From contig OZ024742.1 in NCBI GenBank assembly GCA_964016885.1, positions 290,842,001 through 290,906,000 of the forward strand: a stretch of DNA of 64,000 bases, read 5' to 3'. The translations under genes were made by a program, and so were the position numbers. Source of the stretch: Eledone cirrhosa (lineage: Eukaryota). Of the stretch, positions 11,729 to 25,098 are shown piece by piece (position 1 is the stretch's first letter; every line of letters begins with the position of its first letter). The notes below the pieces were generated by a model that had not been told where the DNA came from, made no database searches, and was given only the letters and a program-made list of their open reading frames with translations.

Positions 11729-12472
11729 CTATGAGTATATGATAATATTACGTAATTATTTATAGCTGTTATTACATTAAACATAGATGTATTTGTGATA
11801 TTTTTATAAAGGATGCCACAATGTACGATAGATAATGATTACAATATTTATGAGTAACAACTCTAGTCGCACAATTTTGAAGGTTTATTATAACATTCTG
11901 TGGCTCTTTTTCATGTCTAGTTTAATATTTTTTTAAGGCAACGCTTGTAATAACTCTAGTTAAACATGATATATATTAATAATAAATTATCGTTGTAATG
12001 TAATTTGATTATATAATTATTATATAATTATTATAAATGATCTTATAAATAGTGTAAGATGTATAAACATATTTTCAGACTTTTAATATAAACAACAACA
12101 AAAAACAATCAATATTAAATCAATATATTATACATAATAGAAAACATAAAATAAATAAACAATATAAAAATAAAATATTTACATACAATTGCAATTATCA
12201 GTCTATATAAATTTTCTTTATTCCCTGAGCAAATTAATGAGATTTGTTCTTATTGCACATAATTTGATGACTTTTTGGAGTGTATTAAAAGATAACAACA
12301 ATTTGTGATTAAATTGTTATCTTAAGCAACTCTCTTTTTAATAGTTGTTGGCTGAGCGAAATTGGAAAAGTCTATGAGCAAATATTAAAAAAAAATACAC
12401 AAACTACATTTCCCTGTATTATTGCAACATTAGATAAAATAATTGAGCAATGTCGTGATATTTTGCTCTTAT
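11729..12472 (+). repeat. Direct paralog of 38807-39632 (local duplication extending beyond the inverted repeat)
   Basis: Long collinear matches, e.g. GTCTAGTTTAATATTTTTTTAAGGCAACGCTTGTAATAACTCTAG and GGCTGAGCGAAATTG...GAGCAATGTCG, occur in both places. Confidence 0.85.
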
Positions 12473-12982
12473 TTTTTTACAAACAAAAATTTGGAATCGT
12501 TTTGTACAAACGATAAATTTAAAAATATTTGTACAAACTTTTACGATAGACTTTCATCTTATCTATTTACCGCCTAACCCTAACGTCAATATATTACATT
12601 TGTTTTAAAAGTAGCTAATATAAATTTAAAAAAATCATATAACGACGAAATAACAAAAATAAATGAACTAGGAAAACAAACCAATGCGAATGCTTTTGAG
12701 CAACACTTACTCTGATTGGTTGAAAATTAGCCAATGGTATGTAATCACCACGGTCACGGTCAGACCTTGAAAAAAAATTGACGATCTACACATATATGTT
12801 AATTAATAATAATCTAAATACTTTACATCATAATTTTTTGTAAGAACCTTTGTTTAGTTATGCTCCATTTACCAACTTAGTAATGAAAAAGTTAATTAAT
12901 AAACTAAATCCCTTCAAATATTTTATTATTATAAAAATTATTTGAAAATTTTAAGCAGTGACTTTTACTAAAAATATGGTAA

Positions 12983-15900
12983 TCATCATCATCATCGTTT
13001 AACATCCATCTTCCACGCTTGCATGGGTTTGGACGGGAATTTTCCCACTTGAGGCAAGATTGGTTGTCTTGCTCATATAGGACTGTCTGGGAGGTTTTCT
13101 ACGGCTGGATGTCCTTCCTAACACCAACCACGTTTACAGTGTGGACTGGGAGGTTTTTACCGTGTTACCTACACGGCCACATTACAGCGTGGACTGTGTG
13201 TGTTTTTGTCGTGACACCTACACGACTTCATTTGTTTCGGACTGGATGTTGTGGTACCAACATAAATTTACATTGAAAGGGGTGGTGTGGATGGGGTGGG
13301 GGTAGTGGACGGGGGTGTATTTTTGTTAGAGGTGCCTACTGACTAGGTTTCGCTTTGTACTTAGGCAAGGCGGGTCTTCTGTATTACTGTATAGCGCCAA
13401 AGATCTCGGTCCAGTGACATTGTCTTGGAGAGGTGTAAGTGTGTGAGGTCGGAATTTATCAAGTCGTCCCAGGTTTTTCTAGGTCTGCCTACTCCGTGGC
13501 TACCGTCTATTTTGATCGCCCTGCACTTTTTTTATACAACTGTCGTCTTTCATGCGCATCACGTGACCGTACCAACGTAGTCTTCTCTCGAGTAAACAAC
13601 ATCTGATCCCTCTTATTCCTAATTTCTCGCTTAGTTCGTTTATGCTTTGCCGTTCACGTATATTACTATTACACATCCAGCGTAGCATGCAAGCTTCGTT
13701 CCTCTCCAGTCTGCGTATGCCCAGGTCTCACTGCCATGTAACATTGCTGTTCGTATGCAGGCATCATACAGCCTGCCTTTCATTTTTAGAGAGAACCCTT
13801 TAGCGCCCAATAGTGGTATAAGCTCTCTGAACTTTTTCCATCCCGTTCTAACTCTAGCTACTGTATTTTCAGAGCACCCTCCTCCACTGCTGATTTTGTC
13901 ACCCAGGTAACGGAAGGTGTCCACTATTTCTATAGAACCATCTGTGCAATGGAAGGAGCTAGTATTCTGTGAGCACTTGCTGCTACTTATTGCACCTGAG
14001 CACCGGCCACATATAAAATCTATATTCTTAGTTAGCTTACCTGTGATCCCACTACATCTTTTATGCACCCATACTTTGCATTTGGGACATAAAATGGAGT
14101 TTCTGCCTACTCCTTTCCTACACACTGAGCATGGCCATTTCCCAGATGGGACCGGTGCCCTTTCCTTCCTACAAACTAGAACTTTAGTCTTAGACAGGTT
14201 AATTTTAAGGCCTTTTAATTCTAGGCCATGCTTCCATGTTTGGAATTTCTTCTCTAGTTCGGCCATTGATTCAGCTATGAGCGTTAGATCATCTGCGTAT
14301 AGGAGTTCCCATGGGCAGCCGGTCTTGAACTCCTCTGTTATAGCCTGAAGGGCAATAATAAATAGTAGGGGGCTAAGAACGGAGCCCTGATGAACACCAA
14401 CTTTTACGCTAAACTCTTCACTATATTCGTTGTTAATTCTAACCTTGCTGACTGTTTCTTTATACATGGCTTGTATAGCTCTCACAAGCCATTCATCAAC
14501 CCCTAGTTTTCTAAGAGCCCACCAGATAATGGAGCGGGGGACTCTGTCAAAGGCTTTCTCCAAGTCAACAAAAGCTAAGTATAGGGGTTTACTTTTAGCT
14601 AGGTACTTATCCTGTAGTTGTCGTACAATGAAAAGAACGTCTGTGGTACTTTTACCTGACACAAACCTGAACTGCATTTCATCCAGATCAATTCGCTCTC
14701 TGATTAGTTGCGCTATTACTTTTTCTGTGACCTTCATGGCCTGGTCGATTAATTTAATGCCTCTATAGTTACCCCTATCTAGAGCCTCTCCCTTGTAGCA
14801 GTTAATGATGATGCTGCTACGCCAGTCCTTCAGAACGACCCCATTCTGTATGACTTGGTTTACTATCCGGGTGACCATAGTGTGTCCCACCGTTCCAGAT
14901 GCTTTCAGCATTTCAGCAACTATTTCCGAAGGCCCAGCCGCCTTACCCGTCTTCATATCTTTGATTGCCTTACTTATTATACTACCATTAACTTGCACAG
15001 CTGGTCTCTCTCAATTTGGAGCAGACCATCTTTTTCCTATTCATTCTCTTCATTTAGTAGTCTCTCGTAGTGACACTTCCAAGCTACCTTCTTATCAGTG
15101 TAAGTGAGGGCAAGTAAACTATCATCATTACGGACACACTTCTCCCCGACAATATCACAATTTTCCTTGACTCATTGTCTCGTAATACTGAACACCTCAC
15201 GTTTTTGGTCCTCGCGTTGTAGAACATGCTTGAACTTTCTATCCTCTGCTTCCCTTCTTGCAAAGCACACTTGTCGCCTAGCTCCTCTCCTAACCACCTG
15301 ATAGTGTTCTCTACTTCCCCACATCCCACCATTCTTTCCAAGCTTGCTTTTTGGCCTTGATTGACTCCTCCACCTTACTGTTCCACCACCACGTTACTCC
15401 TCTCCTGCCTATAGGCCTGCTCCAGCCACAGACTTCATCTGCCACCTTCAGCAGGTTAGCTTTCAGGAATTCCCACTGTTCCTCTATATTGTACGACTCT
15501 AATTGCTCTTCCTTACTGTTAAAAGCATCAAGTAATATGCTTTTAAATTTATTACTGGCTGTGGAGTCCTTTAGCTTCCATATTTTTCTCCTGAGGATAG
15601 TCCTCCTCAGTTGTCGAGTATGTCTTGTCCTGACTATGAGGTCGTTGACTATGAGTCTATGTTGGGAGGTGCATTCTTCATGGGGAAGGGATTTAGTGTT
15701 TACAACAGACACACTATCATGTCTTCTGGTAAGGATATAATCAATCTGACTGGCGTGTTCCCCTGATCTATAGGTGATCAAGTGATTGTCTCGTTTTTTG
15801 AAGTTAGTGTTACAGATAGTTAGATTATTAGCATCACAGAATTCCGGGATTCTGGAGCCTTCCTCATTTCTAGTACCAAACCCATAGCCTCCATGGATTC

Positions 15901-16098
15901 CGTCATAGTCATCACAATGTTGTCCAAAGTGACCATTTAGGTCGCCAGCGATAACTATGTAGTCACTGTCAGTTATTTGGGAGGTAGTGAGCATCAATGT
16001 CTCATAGAATCTGTCTTTTATAATGCCAGGCAGTCCGGATTTGGGGTGCGTACGCAGATATTACTGTCACAGTAGTTCTATTTAGGACAAGTCTTATT
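12983..16098 (-). mobile_element. RTE LINE subfamily A, truncated within the APE domain and frameshifted
   Basis: APE pieces (IAGDLNGH, QIDYILTRR, TSQHRL) in 15311-15997. RT motifs ([25 protein letters not shown]) in 13640-14998. (CAT)n tail at 12983. Confidence 0.93.
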
Positions 16099-16812
16099 TT
16101 AACAAAAAGGTTAAAGTGTATATATTTATCTAAAGCCATTCCATTTTATGTAATAATCTTTATGTTCCAAACACCAGCTTAATAATGAGAAAGTTAGTTA
16201 TATTATTAATTCATTCTGAAATGAAAATTATTTGAAAAATATAAGCAATATCCTTCATTAGAAATATGGTAACAAAAGGGTTAATGATATACATACATTC
16301 TCTGTATTTATAAAAGATTTTGAAGATGTCAAGAAGGCATGTTTGAAGAACAGCTTTGTAGTGACTGAGATGGTCGCTTAGCAGTTGCCTCCCCTTAACA
16401 ACTCTTCAGAGAGCGGAGGCAAGATACATCCGGTCACAGACGCGGGTTTGCTCACTCTTTGGACCGCGGACATGAACAGACGTGAAAGGATTCGCTCCTC
16501 AAAAAATATTAACCATGCTGGCTTCGTGAGGGACTATGTGAAAATGCCCTCCTTCGGATCAAGGACGCCACGATATCTTGACTAATATGCATTTGCTTAT
16601 TCCTTCGTTATTCCTGTACTGGAGAATATAATTACACTACTTCTATTAACCCACAAGGTATGTTTGAATTGACATTGTACATAATTTATTAAATGTTGCA
16701 TTTAATACAGAATCGTTGATTTTTTACTGTTCACCCCCCTTCTGGAGTCATTTATTTCTACAAAGAGAAACGATGTATTGTCCATTCATCTACATTCATT
16801 CGTTTCCTTTAG

Positions 16813-17009
16813 CTTAATGGAAAATCATCTGACTGTGGATAAGTGTAAAGAAATAAATAGTATTCTGGTGAAAACAACTTCACACACTACCTCTTCCATT
16901 ATTCAATGCTATTTTGAAAACAAGAATAAAAGTTCTGGTGGACTCCTTGCTTCAAAACCTGAAGAAGTAACTAACAATACTTATATGGTAACCTTTCAAT
17001 AGAAATCAG
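16813..17009 (+). pseudogene. Decayed exon encoding a PARP14/PARP10/NMI-type RRM-like segment
   Basis: Acceptor ttcctttag at 16812, ATG at 16817. Peptide SILVK..IIQCYFENKNKSSGG..YMVTFQ* resembles LxLYFENxxxSGGG...AxVTF. In-frame TAG at 17000 and a degenerate donor CAG|gaagct. Confidence 0.55.
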
Positions 17010-17159
17010 GAAGCTGTTTTCCGTTCTCTCTTTTTATCTGGTCACCCACACAGTACTGGGTGTTGTTGTTGTTAGGGCAATTGTTTGGCAGAATCATTAT
17101 AGTATTGGACAAAATGTCTTGTGGTAAGGGCTAGTGGTACCATTAAGGTTAACTAACAG

Positions 17160-19330
17160 CAAGGCCAGATTCCGACCTTGGGGGTCCTGGAGCACTTCAG
17201 GTTTGGTGTCCTCTTTCATAGACTAAAATAGAATACACAGCAAACCTTCAAATTTACATATCAAAATCTTCTTACTTCATGTAATTGGAATTGACAAATT
17301 GTATATACATACACATGTTAAATGGAAAATATAACATGGAAATGTATATGTATACAAATGGAAATATATATAATATGTAAATGCTAAATGTTATACATAA
17401 ATATACTGAGCAATTAGTGTCAGTGCTGTTGCAGAGTTACACTAAAAACTTAGGCCAAAAACATCCCACATCTATCATAGGACAGTAAAAAAATCTGTCA
17501 ATGCTAAACATTATCTAAACTAAGTAGAGTAAGTTATGCCTATTTAGAGCTAAGTGCATCACTACAATACCGACAAAAAGTCTTTCTACACTTGGCATTT
17601 GCAAAATCTTTAATGAACTCATTAAACTGCATCATCTTCAGAACACTGCTTTCTACATCCTGTAGGCACAGAGCACTTAGTCCTTATGAGGGCCAATTTG
17701 TTGAATGATTTCTCTCCTGGACACCTAGTAACTATCAAGCACAAATATGTTATAAGCACTTCATCAACACTTGGAAGAGTATCAGTAAAACTGACTGTTG
17801 AGATGGCATGAATCATGACCTGAACTTGGAAAAGGCTGCAAAGTGGACAAGTTCTATTAACACATTACTAAAATCATAGGGAAAAGTAGTGATAAGTTAC
17901 TCAGCTTCAGTTCTTATCTCTGCACGAGGGAAGCTACAGAAATTTACTATTGTTTGAACTTGTCATGCACTAATTCATAAGCTACCCTATGGACTAGGTG
18001 CTTTTGCATAACCACCCTACAGGTTGGATTGGATTAGGTGTGTGTGTTGTGGCACCACAGCACAGTGGGAGAGAAAGCGACATATCAAATGGGTGGCCTT
18101 GAAGAGAATGAACTGTGCTTGGTAGTGTATTGTGGAATGTGCCCAGTTTTCTATGCATGAGTTGGACTGAAAAGGTGTATTAGAAATTTGGCAGGGAATA
18201 GGTGGGAGCACATCATTATCATTGTTAAACATCTTTTGCCAGACAGTCTATCACATTCTGTGACTAGGCTGGACAGGTGACTACAACCAGTTTATATGTT
18301 GTTTTGTTTTGGTATTACCTCTGTTGGCTTGATGCCATCCCTAACTCCATTAGAGCATTTTATCATGCAACTGAGTGGGGCATGTCCAGCTTTCCATGTT
18401 GGCATTAGTTGAATGTGGAAAAGGGGAGGTGTATCCATCTCTGTGTTGGTATGGGTTAGGCTAGTATAGGAGGAGACTGGCTGTCTTTACATGTTAGAAA
18501 GAGTTGGACAGGATGAGCAAGGTGTGGGAAGAACTAGGCATTAAAAGTCCCACAGCTGAGTTGTTCTTTTTTTTTTTGGGGGGGGGGGGGGGGGTGACAA
18601 CCTCTTCTGAGACTGATGTTGAATTTACATCATATTTGATTCTTTTTCTTAGCAGCCTCCTGGCTGTCATTTTATAGTCTGTGATGGCATCCAGTTTCAA
18701 TTCTTCATACCTATTCCGAATGAATCTCAGAAACTTTTCCAGAATCAGTTAGATCCACCACATTATTCAGGTCAACTTTAACTCTTTGAAAAGTTTTATT
18801 TGTGCTGTTGAAGTACAAGAATGAAGTTCCATCTTTTGGCCATCAGAGCAATTTCAAGATTTCATTTTGTTTGCCAATTGTCTGTACTTCATATCTTGCT
18901 TCAGGTGTTTGCTCCAAGTCACTTTCAATATCTTAGAATGTATTTTCAATGCAGTTGTTCCCATCTATGTGGACTTCAGTAATTTTAACTCTTGCTGACC
19001 AATGTATGTGTAACAACAACTTTCTAGTTAATGTTTATATATATCCTTTCAAAGACTTCATTAGATTTGCTTGTCTCTGTGTTGATGCAAACAAACAAAG
19101 TGTATCAAGCCAAAATAACTGACAGCTTCAGTACAACAGTAAGTAATAGCCTGTCCAACATGATTCACTGAATTAGCTGCATATGGAGTAGAGACTGCTG
19201 CTGCATTCTTATCCTTAAGTCAAGCTTGCATTTCTGTATAGTGACCAGAAATATTGTTGGTATTGTCATAGGACAACCCACTGCAGTTTTCAAAATCAAT
19301 TTCTTCAGTTTTTAAAAATTCTATCTAAGA
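17160..19330 (-). mobile_element. Old degenerate hAT transposon (ZMYM1/PRKRIR-like transposase)
   Basis: Minus-strand EIDFENCSGLSYDNTNNISGHY..QA..PYAANSVN (about 19150-19305) resembles CRGQSYDNAxNMSG..CxAHSLN. LPSVDEVLITYLCLIVTRCPGEKSFNKL resembles the hAT dimerization domain. hAT-like terminus CAAGGCCAGATT..GGGGTCC at 17160. Confidence 0.7.
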
Positions 19331-20071
19331 GGTAGCTAGTACTTCGGCCTTGTGAGAACCAGCTTGCAGGAAAATAAGAAAAAAAATTTCTACTGGGCCT
19401 CCAGTGGATGATGTCTGACACATTGTGGGATATGCTTGGCTTCCCTTGAGGGACTAAAAGAGGGTGTTTATATGCTACTTGCAGTGGGGTGGGGGTGGAG
19501 GCCACGAGATTATAGGTGGATGTCTGGCTTTCCTAGGTTTGATGTCTGGGGCAAAATGTTAACTGATCAACATGAACCATATTTGCTGTTGAATCATCTT
19601 CCAACATGATTTTATATGATTTTATATGTTAAGTTACCATCTTAACCTTTAGCATGCTGAATTTTTTTAATGAATTGCTTCCCTTGACCCTGCATTATAT
19701 ATTAAGGGGAGCTCACTCTATTAGTGACATAAGATGTTTAGAGTGTTCAGAAGGTTAATAATGAAATAATTAATAATTTTACAAAATCCTTCAAAATTCT
19801 TCATTATTTAATTGAAATACTGCATTTCATTAAAAATATTGGAACAATATTTCATTTACAAAAGAAACAATAAAAAAAGAAGGAAAAAATGGCAACACAT
19901 GCACACTCAAGATAGAAAATGCTGTATCACTTATAAAAACTCTTTGAGGAAAGTGAAGACAGTTTCAGCATTACTGTGAGTGATAGCGAACCTAAGACAC
20001 TGAAATAACTAAGCTTCCTCATGAGCATCATCTTATATTTCAGTAAAATATGTAGCAAGAGTTAACTCCCT

Positions 20072-20449
20072 TGTCATGACAATCTCATCACCGCTCTCTA
20101 GACAGGAAGTAGTTGGACTTGCTTCCCTTTGGGGGTGATAGAACCCTGTTGGTCACTTTCGGCCGGACCCTATAAAAGGAACAGGTTAGGACGATCTCAC
20201 TCTCTTGCCTCCTGAATCCCAAAGTGGTAACAACACCTGCAACCTTATCATGAGATGACTCCTCTCTCATTTTCCTTCGCCACTCAAGAAGAATGCTACC
20301 GGCAGCCTAAGAACCTAAGATGTTAACACCTCCAAGAGAAGATCTTTCCTTTTCTCCACACACTTCAGCCTAGGAGTTGTGATCCACGAGTAATGATTCA
20401 TTTATATTAATCCCTTTGACTTCTGTGAAGTAAAAACATTGTCACAACA
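20072..20449 (+). mobile_element. Probable solo LTR
   Basis: TG...CA ends with an imperfect terminal inverted repeat (TGTCATGACAAT / ATTGTCACAACA), internal TATAAAAG near 20171 and AGTAAA near the 3' end. No TSD recognised. Confidence 0.5.
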
Positions 20450-20959
20450 CACACCGGCATTTATTGTCTTTTCTAATAATTTTATATGTACACTGATACT
20501 AATCTCCTAAAAATATGTCATCAATGATGACAAAAACATTGCTGTCAGAAGTCCAGCTGTCGCAAATGCTCAATTACCACAGAGAAATAGGATTTACCAA
20601 ATGAAATTGGTTTTTTCAGTAGTTTATTCACCACCTTCACAGTAGTATATAGGATGTAAGATAGAGTGAAAGAGTCACTGATAGTGGCATCTTATCTAAC
20701 CCATGGGCAAATTGTAAGACCACCAAACCTCTTCCCATTAAACCATATATTTGTTGATACAGCTCTCACCTGTAGCTGACCTTCTATGAGGCTGTATCTC
20801 CTAGGGCAGTGTTCGCCAACCTTTCTAAAACCGAGGAACCCTCTAAATATTTTGAATTCTTCACAGAACCTATACAATACAAAACTTAAAAAAAAAAAAT
20901 AATAAAGTATTTATTTATTTTAGTGTTTCATGCGTGTGTATGTAATCGAACACAATTAA

Positions 20960-22791
20960 CTAGTGGCTTTTCTGCTGCTGCGCCTCATCAGTGAGTTTAG
21001 AAAATCGAGGTTCAACACTAGTTAATGCCAGTCTCATACACTCGTCAATTGCTGACAGTTTATTCATCTTCTTTGTGCAGATTTCTACCAACTGCGAAAA
21101 CCCTTCGCACAAGTAGCTAGATGGGAATAAAGTCAAATATTTCAATGCAAGTTGGTTGATTTCATTAAACTACCCAATCAAGAATAAGTCGATCTATAGT
21201 TCTTTCTTTCTGCTTTCGAATATCACTTTCAGGTCTTCATTTGAATTCAAATCCATCAACTGATGTAAGCATTGTGCAGGTAGTAAATTTTTACAATTTC
21301 CAGCGTCATTATCTGACACTAACTGCTCGATCTCGGTGAACGGGTTTTTTATCCATAAATTTTCGCTAACAATATCTTTTTCCATCAAGTCAAAATAATC
21401 TGAAAAACTTGTGGAAAGCACATTTAAATGAGAAAGAATAATCTTCTTTAGATTGCTGGAGTCAAAATCTTCTCTCTTTTTAAGCTCTATTTCAAGGTTT
21501 GAAAGTAATGAGTAATTGTCCAATTCAATTCTTTTTATGTTTAATTTTGATTGAAAATATGTAATCAAATTGATTGAAGTAAAAATATCTGCATTGTTAC
21601 CCTGAAGACACTTATTTAGTTTGTTCAGTTCACCAAAAATGTCTACTAAATAAGCGAGTTGCACATTCCATTCATTGGTTTCTAATACACTTGCTCTTTC
21701 ATCATTCTGTTTTTTTAGAAAAACTATTATTTCTTCTCTCAGTTCAAAAACTCTCTTCATAGCATCCCCAAAAGACAGCCAACGCACACCATTGTTCAAT
21801 AACAATCTATTATAATTACTTCCAGAAGATTCACAAATAGATTCAAACATTCTAGAATTTTTTGCTCTTGCATGGATCAAATTGATAATTTTGACAATGT
21901 CTTTCAGCTGGTAATTTAATATTTGAGCATCTCTGTCTTTGAATTTTTTTGAACACAAAACCTCTCAATGAATCATACAATGATTTGAAATACAATTTGG
22001 GGTCTGTTCTTTGATTTTTGCAATCAAACCAGAATTTTTACCAGTCATTGCAGCTGCTCCATCTGTTGTTATTGAAGTCAACTTGCTCCAAGATACACCA
22101 TTTAAAAAAAAATACTCTTCAATTTTATTGAATATATCTTGACCTTTAGTTGTGATGTCTAATACCAGACAAAACAAATACTCTTCTACTAATTCTTTTT
22201 TATCAAGGTCTACAAATTAATTGAGCCTTGTTATTAATATCCGTAGTTTCGTCTACTTGCAGACCAAAATATGTGCTTTTCTTTAGTGCAGTTAGTATCT
22301 GATTTTCTATATCAGCAGAAATATCAATTATCCTTCTTTTTACGGTATTTGCTGACAATGGTAACTGGCTTAATTTTTCTTTGTCCTTAATACTGCAGCT
22401 TTCAAAAAGATTCTCTGTAGCAATTTTTATACTTGGCAGAATTAACTGTTCTCCTAATGTAAATGGTTTCTTGTTTTTACCAATCAAATGTGAAATTTCA
22501 AAACAAGTCATACATATTAGCTTGTGATTTTTTTATGTTGTTTTTCAGCGAAGTAAAGTATTCCAGTGACTTGCTTTTATCATTGGTGTGATTAGTATCA
22601 AGGTGTCTTTTAAGTTTTGCAGGATTTAAACAGCTATTTGATAGAACTTTTGAACATAGCAAACACATGGGCTGATCTGGTGTATCTTTTTTAGTGTCAG
22701 CTTTTTGAAATCCATATCTAACATAATCATCACACCACTGTCTAACCTTACTGCTGGTATCTAACTTCAGCTTCTTTGCAGTAGACATCAT
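20960..22791 (-). pseudogene. Frameshifted Buster-family (ZBED5/ZBED8-like) transposase
   Basis: BED finger CLLC..KLKRHLDTNH, then LQVDETTD, ITTDGAAAMTG, HCMIH, VRWLS and FPSSYLCEGFSQL, spread over five collinear ORFs. Confidence 0.92.
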
Positions 22792-23257
22792 ATCAAGGTT
22801 ATTTATCTACAGTTAACATTTTTAATATGACATTAATAAACAAGAGAAATTAAGTTTTTTTTATTACAAAAAGTACTTAAATTAACTTTAATTTTAGATA
22901 TTTGGAAAAACTTAATAAGTTAAAAAAAAATTTTAATTTTTAAAAATTGAAATTTCTCCATTTTAGGATGGCAAACATTATTTAAAGTCTTATAATAATA
23001 TTAAAATATTAGGGGTTACTGAAATAGGTGCAAATTTATAAACAACTAGAAGAAATCTTTTTCAGAGTCCAGCACTTCCTGCATATACTACTTTAGGGTC
23101 GTATTAAATATTATTGGTAATGTAAATATATTTAAATATCCGCCATACTAAAAGGTGCAAAAAATGCAAATCAGCTGATAGTGTAGAAGATGTGACGATG
23201 GTATTGGAAATTAATTCAGATATCTTCTATCTATGTTGACTCAAAGTTAGATATAAT

Positions 23258-23351
23258 TGTTTCTTCTTTAGGCACAAGGCCAGCAATTACCCAGTGCATT
23301 ACTGGTACTTTATTTTATCGACCCCGTAAGGATGAAAGGCAAAGTCAACCT
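23258..23351 (-). mobile_element. 5'-truncated SINE inserted in the hAT element, with a 17-bp TSD
   Basis: SINE 3' half flanked by TCAAAGTTAGATATAAT at 23241-23257 and 23352-23368. Confidence 0.85.
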
Positions 23352-24623
23352 TCAAAGTTAGATATAATATAAGAAGGCTTTAGGCTGCTTAAACATATAT
23401 TAGATTGGAACAAATAAAGTTTAGTCAAATGTTTGTGGACATATATATTTATTGTATAAAGTAATTTCTCAATTGTGAATGCAGATGTCATCAAATGAAT
23501 ACATAATTGTGTGGCAAAGTTTATAGTGTATGCATGGAATACAAAATTACCTTTGTTAGTAGTCGAAACTTTACAGGCGTTATATTTTCTGTGCAAAGTA
23601 CAACAGAATGTAACGTGTTCTTATTTAGAATTATCTGTAGAACTGGATGCATGTTGAAAACGACTAGCAAGCGATTTCACTCTGAGGAAACTTTAGGCGA
23701 CTTTAAAGCTTTTGAGAGGACAGCAGATTAAAACGTGTTCTCTATTGAAAACATTCTACTGAACTTACATTGTGAGAACAGCGAACTGACCCTGTCTCTT
23801 GGCTGAAAGACCTCGCTGAACTGAAGTTTTCAGTTTAAAGTTATGCTGTTATCGACCAACATTTACTTGTTCATGATTGGTCAATTTCTAAGTTCAATTA
23901 GTGTATTATCAGTAGTAGTCAAATTGTCGGAATTCAGAAAACTTTGTCTTTCCAAGAATTGATGTGAAATTGAAAGTATTCAATTTTCACGAATCTCAGA
24001 ACAGTGTTTTTCTGCTAATTCAAGTGAGAAACTGAAAGTAGTGTTTTCCACGAATTGGAGTGGAGAACCTGTGTACACTACAATAGTACTCGTTCATTTA
24101 TACACTGCACCTTTGGCATTTTCTTTGCACCTTTTTCAGAAAACCAAAAATATTAATGGTAATGTAAATATTTTTTTAAGGAACCCGGAGTTTATTTTAC
24201 GGAACCCCAAGGTTCCGCGGAACCCATGTTGGCGACCACTGTCCTCGGGTGTTTCTCAGGAGTTTTAATGATAAGGGTCCCAGTTCTATCATATATATAT
24301 ATATATATATAATTATGTTGAAATAGTATGTGTAATGGCTTGTATGATTGTGAAAGCTTCGTAGGGGGTTGTATATATATATATATATATCTTATAAACT
24401 GTGTTAAATATTGAATGTATAAGCCATTATGGTTCTCACTTCCCACCCCCTGCCCCATCTCCACCACATTCGGTATACACGCCCAACGCTGTATGTTAAC
24501 CACTCACTCGTGAATATATCATAGAACAGACAAGGGTTGGACAGAGGCTCTGTAAGCCGTAATGTAGGCAACTCGTCTAGGAGAGAAACCACTCAGAATA
24601 AATTGGTGCTGGGTAGAGAAGTC

Positions 24624-24878
24624 CCCTAAGTCCAGTAAGACAACTTCCCTAGTGCTGGTGGCATGAATAAAAGCACCCAGTCCATGCTGTAAAAATGGAG
24701 GGGGAGTTAGGACCCCTGAGTCCAGTAAGACAACCTCTCTAGTGCTGGTGGCACAAATAAAAGCACCTTGTCCATGCTGTAAAATGGAGGGGTAGAGAGG
24801 GCCCCTGAGTCCAGTAAGACATCCTCTCTAGTGCTGGTGGCACGAATAAAAGCACCCAGTGCATGCTGTAAAATGGAG
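24624..24878 (+). repeat. ~89-bp tandem repeat (3 units) upstream of an RTE ORF
   Basis: AGTGCTGGTGGCA..AATAAAAGCACC at 24651, 24741 and 24830, followed by GGTGTTAGGAAGGGCATCC, a motif also found in the RTE 3' UTRs. Confidence 0.85.
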
Positions 24879-25098
24879 CTGGTGTTAGGAAGGGCATCCA
24901 ACCAGTATATATACTACTGCCAAAAACTATGAGTACAACAAATGAAAGTTGCAACAACTGCGTCAACAACAATAACACTAACCATGTTAGGGCTGCGCAC
25001 AGTAGTGGGGTGGCTGGTGCAGTCATGTGCGAGAACCCCCATCATCAAACAATCGCACAACAGGAACAGGAACAAGAACAAGAATATGAAGATGTTGC

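Larger units (their letters stand above)
5244..11921. repeat. Inverted-repeat-bounded structure (copy A), heavily invaded by nested insertions; paralog of 38132-39088
   Basis: ACTAGACATGAAAAA at 5244 and its reverse complement ending at 11921. The core (7332-8005 plus 9410-9497) is the reverse complement of 38270-38872. Confidence 0.75.
20807..24241 (-). mobile_element. Buster/Charlie-type hAT transposon, both ends present
   Basis: TIRs CAGTGTTCGCCAAC / GTTGGCGACCACTG, 8-bp TSD TCCTAGGG / TCCTCGGG (nnnTAnnn type), subterminal GGAACCC repeats. Confidence 0.93.

Noticed and set aside
20960-22791. Domesticated ZBED-type host gene
   Set aside because: Multiple frameshifts plus intact TIRs and a TSD show a dead transposon copy.
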